A DNA stretch of 64,000 nucleotides from Laetmonice hystrix (Eukaryota): the NCBI GenBank assembly GCA_965235115.1, contig OZ249440.1, forward strand, positions 34,474,001 through 34,538,000, in the 5' to 3' direction. Below the pieces are notes generated by a model. It ran no database searches and was not told the DNA's origin. It saw only the letters and a program-made list of their open reading frames with translations. The position numbers and the translations under genes were made by a program. Of this stretch, positions 24,627-36,418 are shown piece by piece; the first letter of the stretch is position 1, and the number at the start of each line of letters is the position of its first letter.

Positions 24627-25304
24627 TTAAGTCCATATAATAGTCCAAATTTATTCCACTTCAGATTTCCAAAAAAGCACATTACAAAATGTCTTTGCCT
24701 GTAATATAACTTTGGTTAATTGATAACATTTTTTAAAATAGATTTTTTTTAAAATCAATGTGTAATTTTAGTACGACGAGGCAATAAACATTTGTCCTTC
24801 CTCTATAAAGATACTACCTTGAATGATTCAAACATATGAAGGTATCCCCAAAGGATATCCTTGGTTGTTGCCTTGTCCCCAAACAGTCCCAGCATGCATT
24901 GCGCGATATTCAATATGGCGGTATCCGTGTCACGCACTAATACAGTCAAGTATTCTACTGATACATATTTAGTAATTATTAATAATCCATGGTATATACA
25001 TCAGCCTTGTTACAGCAGAAATAGGAAAACTCTCGATTGGATGCAGAAAATAGTACGGTAATAGTTTTGACCCAGTATTAAAAAATATTGTTAGAAGTCC
25101 GAAGACCCCAGAATTTTCCCTAATGGACCTATAAATAAAAAATCATAGAAGTCAGGCCCAGGAAGGGAAAAAATTAACAAAAAGCCCTGTTACGACCAAA
25201 ACACAAAGGTGTACGGACATTGTTAAATGTTTTCATCTTCCATGTCCAAGGCAAACATGCTGTTAAAATGCAATTTATGCCAAAAAAATCACCATTGAAA
25301 TCTT

Positions 25305-25432
25305 GGACCCGGTTCACAAACAAAGTCAAGTCAATTTTAATTAACTTGAAATCCATTTTAACCAATCAGATTCTAGTAAAATTGTCTTCAAGTTAATTAA
25401 AATTGACTTGACTTTGTTTGTGAACTGGGCCC
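25305..25432. mobile_element. Palindromic mini-MITE (about 45-bp TIRs)
   Basis: GGACCCGGTTCACAAACAAAGTCAAGTCAATTTTAATTAACTTGAA and its reverse complement 36 bp later. Confidence 0.85.
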
Positions 25433-25470
25433 AGTTCAGTTTAGTGATGTTCAGTTAATGATTACAAACA

Positions 25471-27175
25471 TTAGCGGCTATTCATGGGAACGATGGGTGG
25501 TTGCAAATTTACCAGTGCTGCAACAATGATCACAATATGATCAAACAAGTCAAACATATCTAAACTAAGTTCTGCTTTCATTATATCAAAGTCTTTCATT
25601 CTACCAATGACTCTCTCTATATGAATGCGGGCGTTTGCCACTTGCTTGGTCCTTTGGTCATCTGAAGTTGTAAATTGGTTTTTTTGGCCGTAAGAAAGGT
25701 GGAATGATCAGCCGTACATGCTTGTCTAGGAGGAGCTCCTGAATATTAAAGCCCCTGTCAGCAAGTAAAGTGTCTCCAAACTCGAACATTTCGAGAATGC
25801 CTGATCTCAGAACGATTTCTTTGTCACTCATACTTCCCCCTGCAGATTTTGAAACAAATTAAATAGTACCAGCTGGTGTGCAAGCGACAAGTAATTTGGC
25901 AGTAGGCCTGCCCTTGTATGAAGAATATATTTGTTTGTTGGCCTTGGCTAAGAGATGGGCACTGCATTACCACTTCTGTGCAATCGATTATTGCACGGAC
26001 ATTTTTGTATTTTTGAAAACAGTCCGGATAATAAAGGCTGATTTCCTCTCTCGAAGGCCAGTATATTAGAGGTCCGAGTTCATAGGCCAGCAATGGAAGC
26101 CAAGTAGATAAAACTTGAGAAATCAAGCTAGTGGATGTGCCAAAGAGATGTGCAAGAAATTGCTCAGTGAGGTTTAGTTTAATCTTCATAAGTGTCACTA
26201 ACAGTTCATTCCTGTATGAAAGAAGTCTTCTTGGTCCTGGTTTCTGAATTGGTCTCTTTTGGTACGGTATGCTTTCAGCGTCTCTGAATTGCTTCCCTTA
26301 AAATACTGCATGCGATCTAATTTTGATTCAACACACTCGAAAACCCATTCGAACAGGGCATACGAACTAATTCCAGTGTGAAGGAGCATCAACTTGTCTG
26401 AATGCTTAATCTTGTCAATGTCATACATTCCAACTTCAGGTATTGTTTGTGTATCTCTTGAGACTGAGAGTTGATAAAACCTGTCCTGCTCTGCTTGTAT
26501 GGCACACTCCTCTGCTTCCTGTGATACCCACTCTGCTTCACAGCATGCTGGGACTGTTTGGGGACAAGGCAACAAGGTCAAGGTGTGACGCGCTGCCTCT
26601 GACTCTGTGACTTGCACACAAGTACCGGGGGTACAAGGAGATAAGATTTTTTTGTTAGTATTTTTGCTGTAGCAATGTTCTTCATGGAAATCATGCATAG
26701 AATACGATGATGACTTCGTTGGTGAAGCCGTGGTTGGTGTTTGACTTGAAGAATGCTCTTCAGTATCCGGCTCAGTAAAAAAGTATTCATGGTCAAGTGG
26801 CGTTGTCCTTGGTTTTTTCTTTCCCCCTGTCATGGAAGGTGGTTTGGTTACCTTTTTTGTCACATAGCCTTGCCTTGTTTTAATGTAATTCATATCAGAA
26901 GTTGCATCGTCACAGGTTGCCACACCGTCTAGAATCATGTTTACATCAGAATTTTGGTAGTGACTCTCCTTGCCATCATAACCTCTCATAAACAAGCTAG
27001 GATGTGGATGTTGGCCATAGGGTCGAGATAGAACGAAGTGGTTGCTGCAAACTCGAGTACTATCAGTGATACTCATGAGATCTGATCTGTTGATTAGGCG
27101 AAGCCACATCAGACGATGCTTTGGTGGACAGTAGTGGAAGCGCATTTGCTGCACATGCTCCTTTATGACCCAACT
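25471..27175 (-). pseudogene. ISL2EU/Harbinger-superfamily transposase (THAP, HTH, DDE_Tnp_4), frameshifted
   Basis: THAP RFH..P....W...I.R.....RVCSNHF; IIDCTEV; SDKEIV..SG; LADRGF; IPPF; ARIHIERVIGRMK.F. Confidence 0.85.
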
Positions 27176-27879
27176 GAAATATACAAAAGCAAATATATTA
27201 ATAAAAAGGAATAAAGTTAATTGAAGTTTAACATAAACATTTTTAACATAACACAGATAAGGAGACTTTTTCTGGCTTGATTTATTGTTTAAATTCCCAT
27301 TTAAATTAATAGAGTTTCATGACTGCATAAAATCCGGTATTTATCTAATACTAAAAAGTAAAATGGGCCTAGATTTCATTGACAGCTAGTAACCTTTCTC
27401 TTTTTTAATTTGGGTTTTTTTGAAAGCCGTTTCTTAAAAACCTAGATCTAATTGTGCTTCCAGGGCGGCGGGCAGATTTTTGACCCTGTAGGGGCCTAGG
27501 CATAATTTCTAGGCACGTTAGCCCCTGTACTGTAGAGTAGGCTAGAAATAAATAGTTGGCTAGTACTAGTAGTTGGCCTAGAAATGAATGAACTTAACTA
27601 ACGTTAGGGTTAAATTTACTTCACGTATTGCTCACTGTGTGGCAGCATTTTACAGCTCCTACACCTTGCAACATCACTGACACTGTGACAGCTTAGCCAT
27701 AACTTACATAAGCCTGCTAGGCTAGACGATATCTAGATCTTGTACGAATTACGACAGTCTGTAGCCAGTAAGCCTGGCTAAGAGTAAGAGACCCAGTCCA
27801 GTGCTCACTGATCATTCAGCTAGTGGAATACCGAATAATTCCGATTAGAGCGTCCCTACTGCTACCTATCACTCAGTAT

Positions 27880-29738
27880 CATTGTATCATGACTATATGT
27901 TTCTGTAGAGAATGAACTAGCACTAGGTCCTTGGAATCGACTTTTGTTTGCCCTTGTATTGTCACTCTCAAAGTTCTTGTTACCTTTTACCGATTGAAGC
28001 GAAGCCACAGGGTCACATGCGATGTTGGCTTCCTTGGTAATGAATTCAACAAACTCCGCAAATGGTGGGAAAACCTTCTTCTGCTCCCGACTGTCTGCCA
28101 CAACTCTAGCCCATCGCGTCACGATCCAGTCTGGGAGTTTTGTCAGTAGCTTCCTGTTTTCACGCTCATCGTTCAGGACTGCAAGGCTATCAATGCTTCT
28201 GTTCTCACTGCTATGTTACACTGTTGCATAAAGTCAGACAACCTTCGCAAACCATTACCATCTCGAGGCCCTATTTTTGGCCATGCCTCCAACCTGTCAT
28301 GAAAAGCATTTGCCACGGTGAAGGAGTTTCCAAATCTCTTATGCAGCAAATCAATCGCCTCATCGTATGCTTCCTGTGTAGACAGGAGGAAGAATCCTTC
28401 TATGGCCTCGCGTGCTGCACCTTCGAGGTACCTCTTTAGATAGTGAATCCTTTCGTTTGGAGGAATCCCCCTTTTCTCAATCAATACTTCGAAGGAACTT
28501 CTCCAACAGGGGTATTGTACAGGATCCCCGGCAAAGATTCCCGGCTCAGGTGGAGGAAGCCTACTGAGAATTAATTGCTGCGCGAGCGACTGCACCAAGT
28601 CTGTGGGTTGAGTTGCTTCCATGCATGGACGCTGGACCTCCGGCTGCTCATTGTTCATCTTCTCTCTGCCTTCCTGTGTACCCACTCCTGTGTGGGAACC
28701 CGTGGGATGGGGAATGTATCCTAGGGTAGGCGAAAATGTAGCCGCCTGCGGGTTTAACGATACTGATTGCGCCGCAGTCACAGGTGGTATACCACTGTCC
28801 GCATTTGTGGTCACTGCGCCTGCTCCCCGAGTAGGCGAAGATGTAGCCGGTTGCGGGTTCAACGATACTAATTGTGCCGTAGCCACAGGTGGTATACGAC
28901 TGTCTGCATTTATGGTCACTGCGCCTGCTCCTTCTGCTATAGCAGAAGCACTATCAGGAAGCCTAGCATGGGCCTTAACGTATTCACTGACGTACTCCCT
29001 TTCAGCGCTTTCGCTTGGGGGTAGCAGACCCCCAGATATATCTGACAGGTTCTCCTCCAGGGCTGTGAAGACATCTAGTTCGGCCTGTGCCATTTCCAAC
29101 TCCTTTTGCGTTTGCATTTTTTCCAGCTCAGCTCGCTTTTGTGCTTCTATCTCCACATATTTCAACTTTGTTCGCAGTGCTGCTGCCCTAGACGCGGCAT
29201 CTACTCGCTTTAAGGACACCTCTGATGTCTTAGACGATCGTGACCCTCCGGACCTTTTACTTCCCCTTGTACTGAGAACTTCACTGCGCTCTATCTGTAT
29301 TTCATGAACTCTATCAGAAGCTGTTAGAATTAGTTTCCGATGGCTTGCCTCTAGCGCTTCCAACACCTCATACAGTTCATCCTCCTCCCTTTCGCCCAGA
29401 ATTTTTGCAAGCCTTTCATATATTTGTTTGACATTGTCTAAGGCATTTTCTACAAGCCCAATCTCCCTTTTTATCAGGCTGATATCACTTTCCTCGCACA
29501 GAACAACTTCCAAACGCGTGGCACACTTATGCCAGGCAGATTTTGCCGAGCGAAACTGTCGCTTCAGCTCTTGTACCGTATACTGGACACCCTTCTCAGT
29601 CTGCCTTTTTTCTCTGGAACTTGCCCGCAACCCTTCCACTTCACCTTCTGTGCCTAAACAGACCCTTCCTGCAACAGCACTCGAGCTAGAAGCAAGAGGT
29701 GCTACAGCTTCTTCACTTGGATCCTCTATGTTTGACAT
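27880..29738 (-). pseudogene. BEL/Pao retrotransposon gag (DUF1759-type), frameshifted and 3'-truncated
   Basis: RLPPPEPGIFAGDPVQYPCWRSSFE.LI...ERIHYLKRYL.G.A.EAIEG...LL.KRFG; KLPDW...RW; FPPF.EFV.FI.KEA.IACDP. Confidence 0.9.
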
Positions 29739-30328
29739 TTTTTGCGATTTATCACCATTTATCTAGAAATGTTTGACAACGGTAGTAATAGAGTACAACC
29801 TCACACTGACTTTCAATGTTCATATGTCAGTGTCACACCTTATGTTCTCTACAATGGACCAATTATTGAATATTACAAATTCTAAGTCGACAACAGAGTA
29901 TCACCAAACCACATTTGCACACAATCTCGCATTGCATGATATGATCAGCCCAACTACACTATTGTGCTTTCTATGATAAGACCACACAAGCACTATGTAC
30001 CACAAGTTTCATAGCAAACAGAACCATTTGACAATTTTTACACTCTATCAGACCGTGTAGTGAACAATACCTCAAAATATACACTCTTACAGTGATCTCA
30101 CGCATGCAAAGTATACGACAAGCTTCACAGCAACCAACTATTTGACTAGTACAATGCCGCTGTGAATGGAGGTGTTACAATACAGGGTAATCAGTTTACA
30201 GTAGCCACAATCACCAAACAACCTCAAAGCTTACTCCACATGAGTGTATGAGTGCTGTAAATTCTGCATTTAGGCGATCCGGTGTTAACATTGCATAATA
30301 CGCATTAATAAACAAAAAGTTTTCACTA

Positions 30329-30560
30329 TGGCTGGCTTGCAGCCTGTTGACTGTCACCGCAGGGATGGGCAATCGTCGCTGGGGCCTTGCGTTTCAACAA
30401 CAGAGGGATGCTCGAGTCCTTGAAGTTCTTTATTTCTCCTCACCATGCTCTCGTTCCTCTCCGTGAAAACTACAATAATTGACATAAACATAGCTTGTAG
30501 GGTCTACTTATATTAACTTACTGCCCAACTTAACCAACATATACTCTTGTGAGTAACTGC
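30329..30560 (-). repeat. Possible 3' part of the BEL/Pao 5' LTR
   Basis: Minus-strand AATAAA at about 30429-30434 and a boundary followed by AGTGAAAA upstream of gag; no second LTR available to confirm. Confidence 0.35.
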
Positions 30561-31176
30561 AATACACTCCAACTCCAAAGAGAATTGACCGGACAACTCA
30601 CACCTACAGCTTTTACTCTATCTGTGTACACAGGGTTGAAACATCAACGAAGTCGAAAAATACACTGACCTAAAACCCCGACCACATAATAATGCCAATG
30701 ACACACCTTTTTGGTCCCTTGTTCGGTTAGTTACATCGCAAGAAAAACGCACAATTGCCGGTTCAGCCTCCAACTTCTGTAGCTACCTGGCGCCCATCCA
30801 TCTTATCCGCCCTCTCAGGATGTAGTTTCTTACTTACTCAAAAATACAGATTTAGACTCCAGCTAAAAGTGTTTCTTAAACTACATGAGAAAAATAAACT
30901 TTAGATAAAACCCACTAACTCACTAAGTTACAACACCACACACAACTTCCAGGAACCATATATCCTAAATACCAAACTAGATTACAGCCAGCACAACTCT
31001 GTTTGTAGCCCTGCCTCCGCTATGGTGAGCCATCACGGCCATAACTTACTGTCCTTGCGACGCTGCTGTAAAACACTGTTCCCAGCCATGCCCCCACTAT
31101 GGCGAGCCCTCACAGCCATAAATTACAGCACTTGCGCAGCTGCTGTAACAGTTAAGTTTAGGTTCTTATTTTGGTT

Positions 31177-32555
31177 TTAGGTGGCTGTGTTGCTTTTCAC
31201 TAGGCTCCTTATTAAGGCGTCTCCCAGGTTGCGGTTCCGTTTGTATGCTGTTATAAAGTTATTAGGTAGGTGGGGGAGTTCCTCAGTCAGGGTTTCATAC
31301 AATGGGCGGATTTCTCTGCTGAGTTTACTTGCTGTTTTGGAGTAAGTAATCACAAGTGGGAGTATTTGGGTTGGGGTGGGATCTCTCATATTAAGTCCCT
31401 TGGGGGACCAGCATTTCAGGGTATTTATCCAGTATTTTTCCCGTTCTATGCGGGCCTTCGTTGCCTGTTCTGGGGTAGGGTTGGAGGTGGGGGTTGATTG
31501 TATCTTGTCTATTGCTTGGATTCTAACATCCTTGATTGTGTGGTTGTTGTGCCAGTACCGTTGACTTTTTAAGCGCGATGTTGGAGCGGTGTTGACCTAG
31601 TCTGTTCCTCATGGTCTGGCCTGTCTGGCCCACATATTGTAATTGACATTTTAGGCATGTGATCAGGTATATGATGTTAGAGGAAGAGCAACTCGCGTGG
31701 AAGTTAATATGGAAGCACTGTTTGGTTGTGTTGCTTTGGAAAAATGGGCAGGCTGTGCATCTGGGGCGGTTGCACAGGGTCGTGGCCAGGCAGGCGGGGG
31801 CTAATTCTGGGGCTAGGATGGGGGTGGAAGGTTGTGTCCGACGTGTGTGATTTTGGGATTTTATAGCGCATAGTTTACGTCTCGAGTAGCGTCTTGTTTT
31901 TTGTCGAAATTAATGTCCCTTTACGATTCGACCGACCGCGGCTGGGGGTGGATTCGAACTGAGCTCGCAATAGAGGCGTCGGTAGGGACGCGCTGCCTGG
32001 ACATGCGCAGTTGAAACCGGATAGCCGCAAGTTCGCCCTACTAAATTAGGTGCAATACCTACAGTATTACCGCCAATGTGTCAAAGACCAGTCTGCAACT
32101 CTCATCCAGATCTATTTTATTACTGCAGATCCTAGCGAACCGTTGGATCTGGGATTTGACAATACCTGGGAAGGTGTGGGGTGAGTGAAAAGATTGTCTG
32201 TGTAAGAGGTTATGTGTGTCGGTGGGTTTGAAGTATACCTTACTATCCAGAATTCCGTGTTTTTAAAAAATTGGGCCCTTGTAAATGGTGCAGTCCAAGT
32301 AGTTTACCGTATTCAAATTGGCCTCTGCCTTAAGTTTGATGGACGGGTGGTGAGCATTCAAGGTCTGTAAGAACCCCTGGAAACCTGTCTCCCGCGTTCC
32401 CATAGTAGGAAAATGTCGTCTAAAAACCTAAAATATATGGAGGGTTGTAGTGGGCACTGAGGAAGAGCCGATGCCTCCCAGTCTGCCATGAAAATGTTGG
32501 CGTAGGACGGGGCGAATTTCTTGCCCATGGCTGTCCCCGAAACCTGAACGTACCA
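31177..32555 (-). pseudogene. Penelope-like element 3' half (RT palm/thumb and GIY-YIG endonuclease), with a gap or foreign segment at about 31850-32090
   Basis: GTAMGKKFAPSYANIFM, YFRFLDDIF, YLD.TIYK, YFKPTDTH, IVKSQ..RF.RIC; C.RPRC..CP, NIIYLITC.KC..QYVGQT, GLN. Confidence 0.9.
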
Positions 32556-32734
32556 GGAGTGAGTGAGTAGTGGTGGTTTTCCGCCGTGCCGGCATCTGGG
32601 GCCATCTTCACGGCGAAAACAGGGTTAAAAAGACCATGAAATGAAAGGAACCTATTTTATCCCGGGCCCCAACGGGAATATCGTTAAAACACACTCCATC
32701 CTGTCAGCCCAACCGGGCCATCGACGAGCCTGAA

Positions 32735-35700
32735 CTATAAAAGAGTCAGAAGTCCAGCTTCTGACAAAAACTCTAAAATCACTCCTGGTCTGACATTGTT
32801 AAAAAGATCCTTAAGACTTGTCTCACTATAAAACCGTTGTCTGATCAGAGTAAAATCACCACACTCAAGTAAAAGATGCTTCAGTGTCAAAGGACACTGA
32901 CAGCCATGACACTCTGGAGGTGGCTCCCCCTTGAATAAAAACACGTGGGTTAATCTAGAATGACCAATCCTGCATCGAGTATAAACAATTTCATGCCTAC
33001 GTTGGGTTAGGCTGTGAAGACACCTTTGGTTCACGACAGGACTGATCTGGTACAATTTATTGTTTGGTTTTTCATCCCATTCAGCCTGCCATTTGTTCTT
33101 AATGTATGCCCAGATGGTAGGTCTGAGGTCAGAGGCTGGAATTGGACACAGTTCGACGTCTGTTTCAAGAGCCCTCTTGGCAGTTCTGTCAGCTTGCTCA
33201 TTGCCTGGGATACCAACATGCCCAGGCACCCAGCAAAAGTGAATATCAAAGTTTGCACTGGCAAGCACTGCCAACTTGGACAAGATTTGAACGATCACCG
33301 GGTGATCTGTGTTCAAGTTAGCAAGTGCTTGCAGACAGGATAAGGAATCCGAGAAAATAAGGAAATCCTTTTCACTAGAAACTTCAATATTTTCAAGGGC
33401 AAGAAGCAGGGCCCGGGCCTCTGCTGAGAAGATGGAACTTTGCCCTGAGATGCGGGTGCCGAAGTTGTGCTTGCCATGAACTGCAGCCGCAGACACATCA
33501 CTGCCATCCTTTGAGCCATCTGTATAGAAGGCATAATGTGAGGGGTACCTTGCCTGGACGCCAAGAAAATGTTCAAAATATGTCAGGGGATGAGTCTCTG
33601 ACTTCTTCAGTTGAGCCAACTGAAGGATGACGTCAGGCTTTTCCAGGTCCCAAGGAGGAATGTTGCAAAAGTGTGTCTGCCCCAGGACGTTCAGATCAAT
33701 ATCCAGTTCCTCTAGATGAGGTTTCACCCTCAGTCCAAAAGGACGTATGTACGTTTCCTTTCTTTCATATAAATGTTGGAACTGAGGGTGAAAAACGCAA
33801 TTGTAAGCTGGATTTGAACTGTTTGTCCCGAGCTTGACTGCATACTGCAGAGCCAGCTTCAGACGCCTGTTGTCAAGCGATGGCTCTCGGGCCTCCACAT
33901 AGAGGCTCTGAACAGGGGACGTTCTAAAAGCCCCAAGTGAAAGCCGCAAACCCTGGTGGTGAACCGTGTCCAAAAGCCGAATGTAAGACTTACAAGCAGA
34001 ACCATAAACTATGCTACCGTAATCGAGCTTCGACCGGATTAAAGCTCTGTACAGTTGTAAAAGGACTGTACTGTCTGCCCCCCATTTTGTGCCAGATAAA
34101 ACCTTGAGAACATCCAGAGCCTTAAGGCATCTGGATTTGAGGGATTTAATGTGAGGGATAAAAGACAGCTTGCTGTCAAAAGTGAGTCCCAGAAACTTTG
34201 TCTCTTTAACAACCTTGATAGGATCTCCATCCATTGTCAACTCGGGGTCAAGGTGGAAAGCACGCAGTTTGCAGAAATGCATGCAGACCGTTTTAGATTT
34301 TGAAAATTTAAAACCATTTTCCACCGACCAAGTGTGGATTCTGTTGAGACAGAGTTGGAGCTGCCTCTCAATGGCATTCATGTTTTTGCCTCTGCAGCAG
34401 ACGTCAAAGTCATCGACGAACAGGCTGCAGGGCATGCCAGTTTTAACCGAGTTAACAATGCTGTTGATCTTAATACTAAAAAGGGTAACGGACAAAATGC
34501 TTCCCTGAGGCACACCTAATTCTTGGTCGTGCAAGTCAGACAGGGTCGTGCCCACTCTGACTTGAAAATGTCTGTTGGATAAAAACTGAGATATGAAAAG
34601 GGGCAAACGCCCCCTAAAACCCATATCATGTAAATCCTTTAAAATGCCGTACTTCCATGTTGTGTCGTATGCCTTTTCAAGGTCGAAAAAGACGGCAACA
34701 ACATGTTCACGGTTGATAAAAGCATCTCGGATGTATGTCTCGAGTCTGATTAGATGATCAAGAGTACTTCTCCCTCGCCGGAAGCCACACTGAAACTCGG
34801 TTATGAGCTGCTCAGACTCCAGCTTCCAGACGAGGCGATCATTAATCATTCTCTCCATGGTTTTGCACAGGCAACTTGTTAAGGCTATTGGTCTGTAATT
34901 GTTAGCTTCACTATGGTCTTTTCCTGGTTTTGGGATGGGGATGATTATTGCTTCTTGCCAGGAAAGGGGTATATTACCAGTTATCCAGATATTGTTGAAA
35001 ATGTGAAGAAGGATGAGGAGGGTGGTGTCGGGTAGATGTTTTAAGAATTGGTAATGTACTTTGTCACGTCCAACTGCAGTGTCGTGTGATTTTTTAACAG
35101 AGCATCTTAGTTCTTCAATGGAAAAGAGTTGGTTATACTCTTCTGTGTTGTTAGAGTGGAAATTTAGTTTTTGTTTCTCTTTTCGAGCACGAATGGCTTG
35201 GAATTGAGGGAGGCAGTTCCTGGAGGAGGAGTTTGTTTCAAAGGTTTTGGCCAGTTTATTTGCTATTTCATCTGTGGTGGTTAGTAGGGTGTCTGGGTGT
35301 TTTAAGTGTTGAACTCCAGTACCACCTCCCTTGCCTTTAAGTCTCCGTATCATGTTCCAGACTTTTTTGATAGGAGTACGAGAGGTCAGGCTGGAGACGT
35401 AGTCTCTCCAGCTCTGCCTCCGACTCTCTTTGCAGATACGGCGTGCCCTTGCTCTCATAATTTTAAAATTAGTAAGGTTCACTGCAGTTGGATGCCTGTT
35501 GAAAAGGCGTTCTGCTTTCTTTCGGTCTTTAATTGCCTGCTTGCAGTCTTCATTAAACCATGGATTTGAGACATGTTTGGGAATTGTCGAGGTTTTAGGA
35601 ACTGTCCTATCTGCAATGGAGATTAAAAGCGAGGTAAAATCATCCATTGCTTCAGGATCGTTAATGATGTCTGCTGTGAATTCCTCCCGACAGAGGGTCT

Positions 35701-36418
35701 GGAAGGAGTGCCAGTCGGCTTTCTTAAGTTGCCACCGTTGTTGCTTTTCCCCTATATTGGGACCTTCATATGAAAGGATGGTGGGAAAGTGGTCACTCCC
35801 GCAAAGGTCATCCCAGACCCTCCAGGAGAAATCCAGCAGCAGATCTGGTTCAGCTATTGCAAGGTCAATGGCTGTATAAGTGCCATAACCGGGATGTAAG
35901 TATGTGTTTGAACCATCATTAAAAATGCATAGAGCATGATTATCAATGAACTCTTCAATCTTCTTGCCCTTGCCATCAGTTGTGGTACCACCCCATAAGG
36001 GATTGTGGCCATTAAAATCTCCCAAAAGGAGATATGGAGTTGGCAGTTGACCCACTAAATCATTAAGATCCTGGTGGGCCAAGTTACTGTTTGGGGGAAT
36101 GTATATGGAGCAGATAGTGATGGCTTTATGTAGAGTTAGGCGTATGGCTATTGCTTGTAATGGTGTGTCTATTGTAACTGGGCTATGGATGAGGTCTTGT
36201 CGGACCAGAATGGCAGTGCCGCCAGCAGCACGGTCACCATCTGGTGCAAAACCAAGGAAAGTCTGATAGCCCTTAAATGAGACTTTGTCTCGGGCAGTAA
36301 GAAATGTTTCTTGTAGACAAAGGGCAAGAGGATCAAGGTTTTCTGCTAAAAGTCTGAGCTCATTAAAATTGGCTCTAAAACCTCGACAATTCCATTGAAG
36401 GAAGCATTTGCCTGCCAT
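32735..36418 (-). CDS. LINE ORF2 (APE-RT-RNase H-CCHC), 1227 aa
   Basis: Uninterrupted ORF with all catalytic motifs; highly similar to 12783-16466. Confidence 0.95.
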   Translation of the reverse strand: MAGKCFLQWNCRGFRANFNELRLLAENLDPLALCLQETFLTARDKVSFKGYQTFLGFAPDGDRAAGGTAILVRQDLIHSPVTIDTPLQAIAIRLTLHKAITICSIYIPPNSNLAHQDLNDLVGQLPTPYLLLGDFNGHNPLWGGTTTDGKGKKIEEFIDNHALCIFNDGSNTYLHPGYGTYTAIDLAIAEPDLLLDFSWRVWDDLCGSDHFPTILSYEGPNIGEKQQRWQLKKADWHSFQTLCREEFTADIINDPEAMDDFTSLLISIADRTVPKTSTIPKHVSNPWFNEDCKQAIKDRKKAERLFNRHPTAVNLTNFKIMRARARRICKESRRQSWRDYVSSLTSRTPIKKVWNMIRRLKGKGGGTGVQHLKHPDTLLTTTDEIANKLAKTFETNSSSRNCLPQFQAIRARKEKQKLNFHSNNTEEYNQLFSIEELRCSVKKSHDTAVGRDKVHYQFLKHLPDTTLLILLHIFNNIWITGNIPLSWQEAIIIPIPKPGKDHSEANNYRPIALTSCLCKTMERMINDRLVWKLESEQLITEFQCGFRRGRSTLDHLIRLETYIRDAFINREHVVAVFFDLEKAYDTTWKYGILKDLHDMGFRGRLPLFISQFLSNRHFQVRVGTTLSDLHDQELGVPQGSILSVTLFSIKINSIVNSVKTGMPCSLFVDDFDVCCRGKNMNAIERQLQLCLNRIHTWSVENGFKFSKSKTVCMHFCKLRAFHLDPELTMDGDPIKVVKETKFLGLTFDSKLSFIPHIKSLKSRCLKALDVLKVLSGTKWGADSTVLLQLYRALIRSKLDYGSIVYGSACKSYIRLLDTVHHQGLRLSLGAFRTSPVQSLYVEAREPSLDNRRLKLALQYAVKLGTNSSNPAYNCVFHPQFQHLYERKETYIRPFGLRVKPHLEELDIDLNVLGQTHFCNIPPWDLEKPDVILQLAQLKKSETHPLTYFEHFLGVQARYPSHYAFYTDGSKDGSDVSAAAVHGKHNFGTRISGQSSIFSAEARALLLALENIEVSSEKDFLIFSDSLSCLQALANLNTDHPVIVQILSKLAVLASANFDIHFCWVPGHVGIPGNEQADRTAKRALETDVELCPIPASDLRPTIWAYIKNKWQAEWDEKPNNKLYQISPVVNQRCLHSLTQRRHEIVYTRCRIGHSRLTHVFLFKGEPPPECHGCQCPLTLKHLLLECGDFTLIRQRFYSETSLKDLFNNVRPGVILEFLSEAGLLTLL

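Noticed and set aside
28621..29307. 228-aa plus-strand ORF
   Set aside because: Antisense shadow of the BEL gag
30900..31177. Hammerhead ribozyme expected at the Penelope terminus
   Set aside because: No CUGANGA...GAAA core found by eye on the element strand
31940..31970. B-box-like GTTCGAATCC on the minus strand within the Penelope gap
   Set aside because: No convincing A box, tail or TSD; cannot support a tRNA or SINE call
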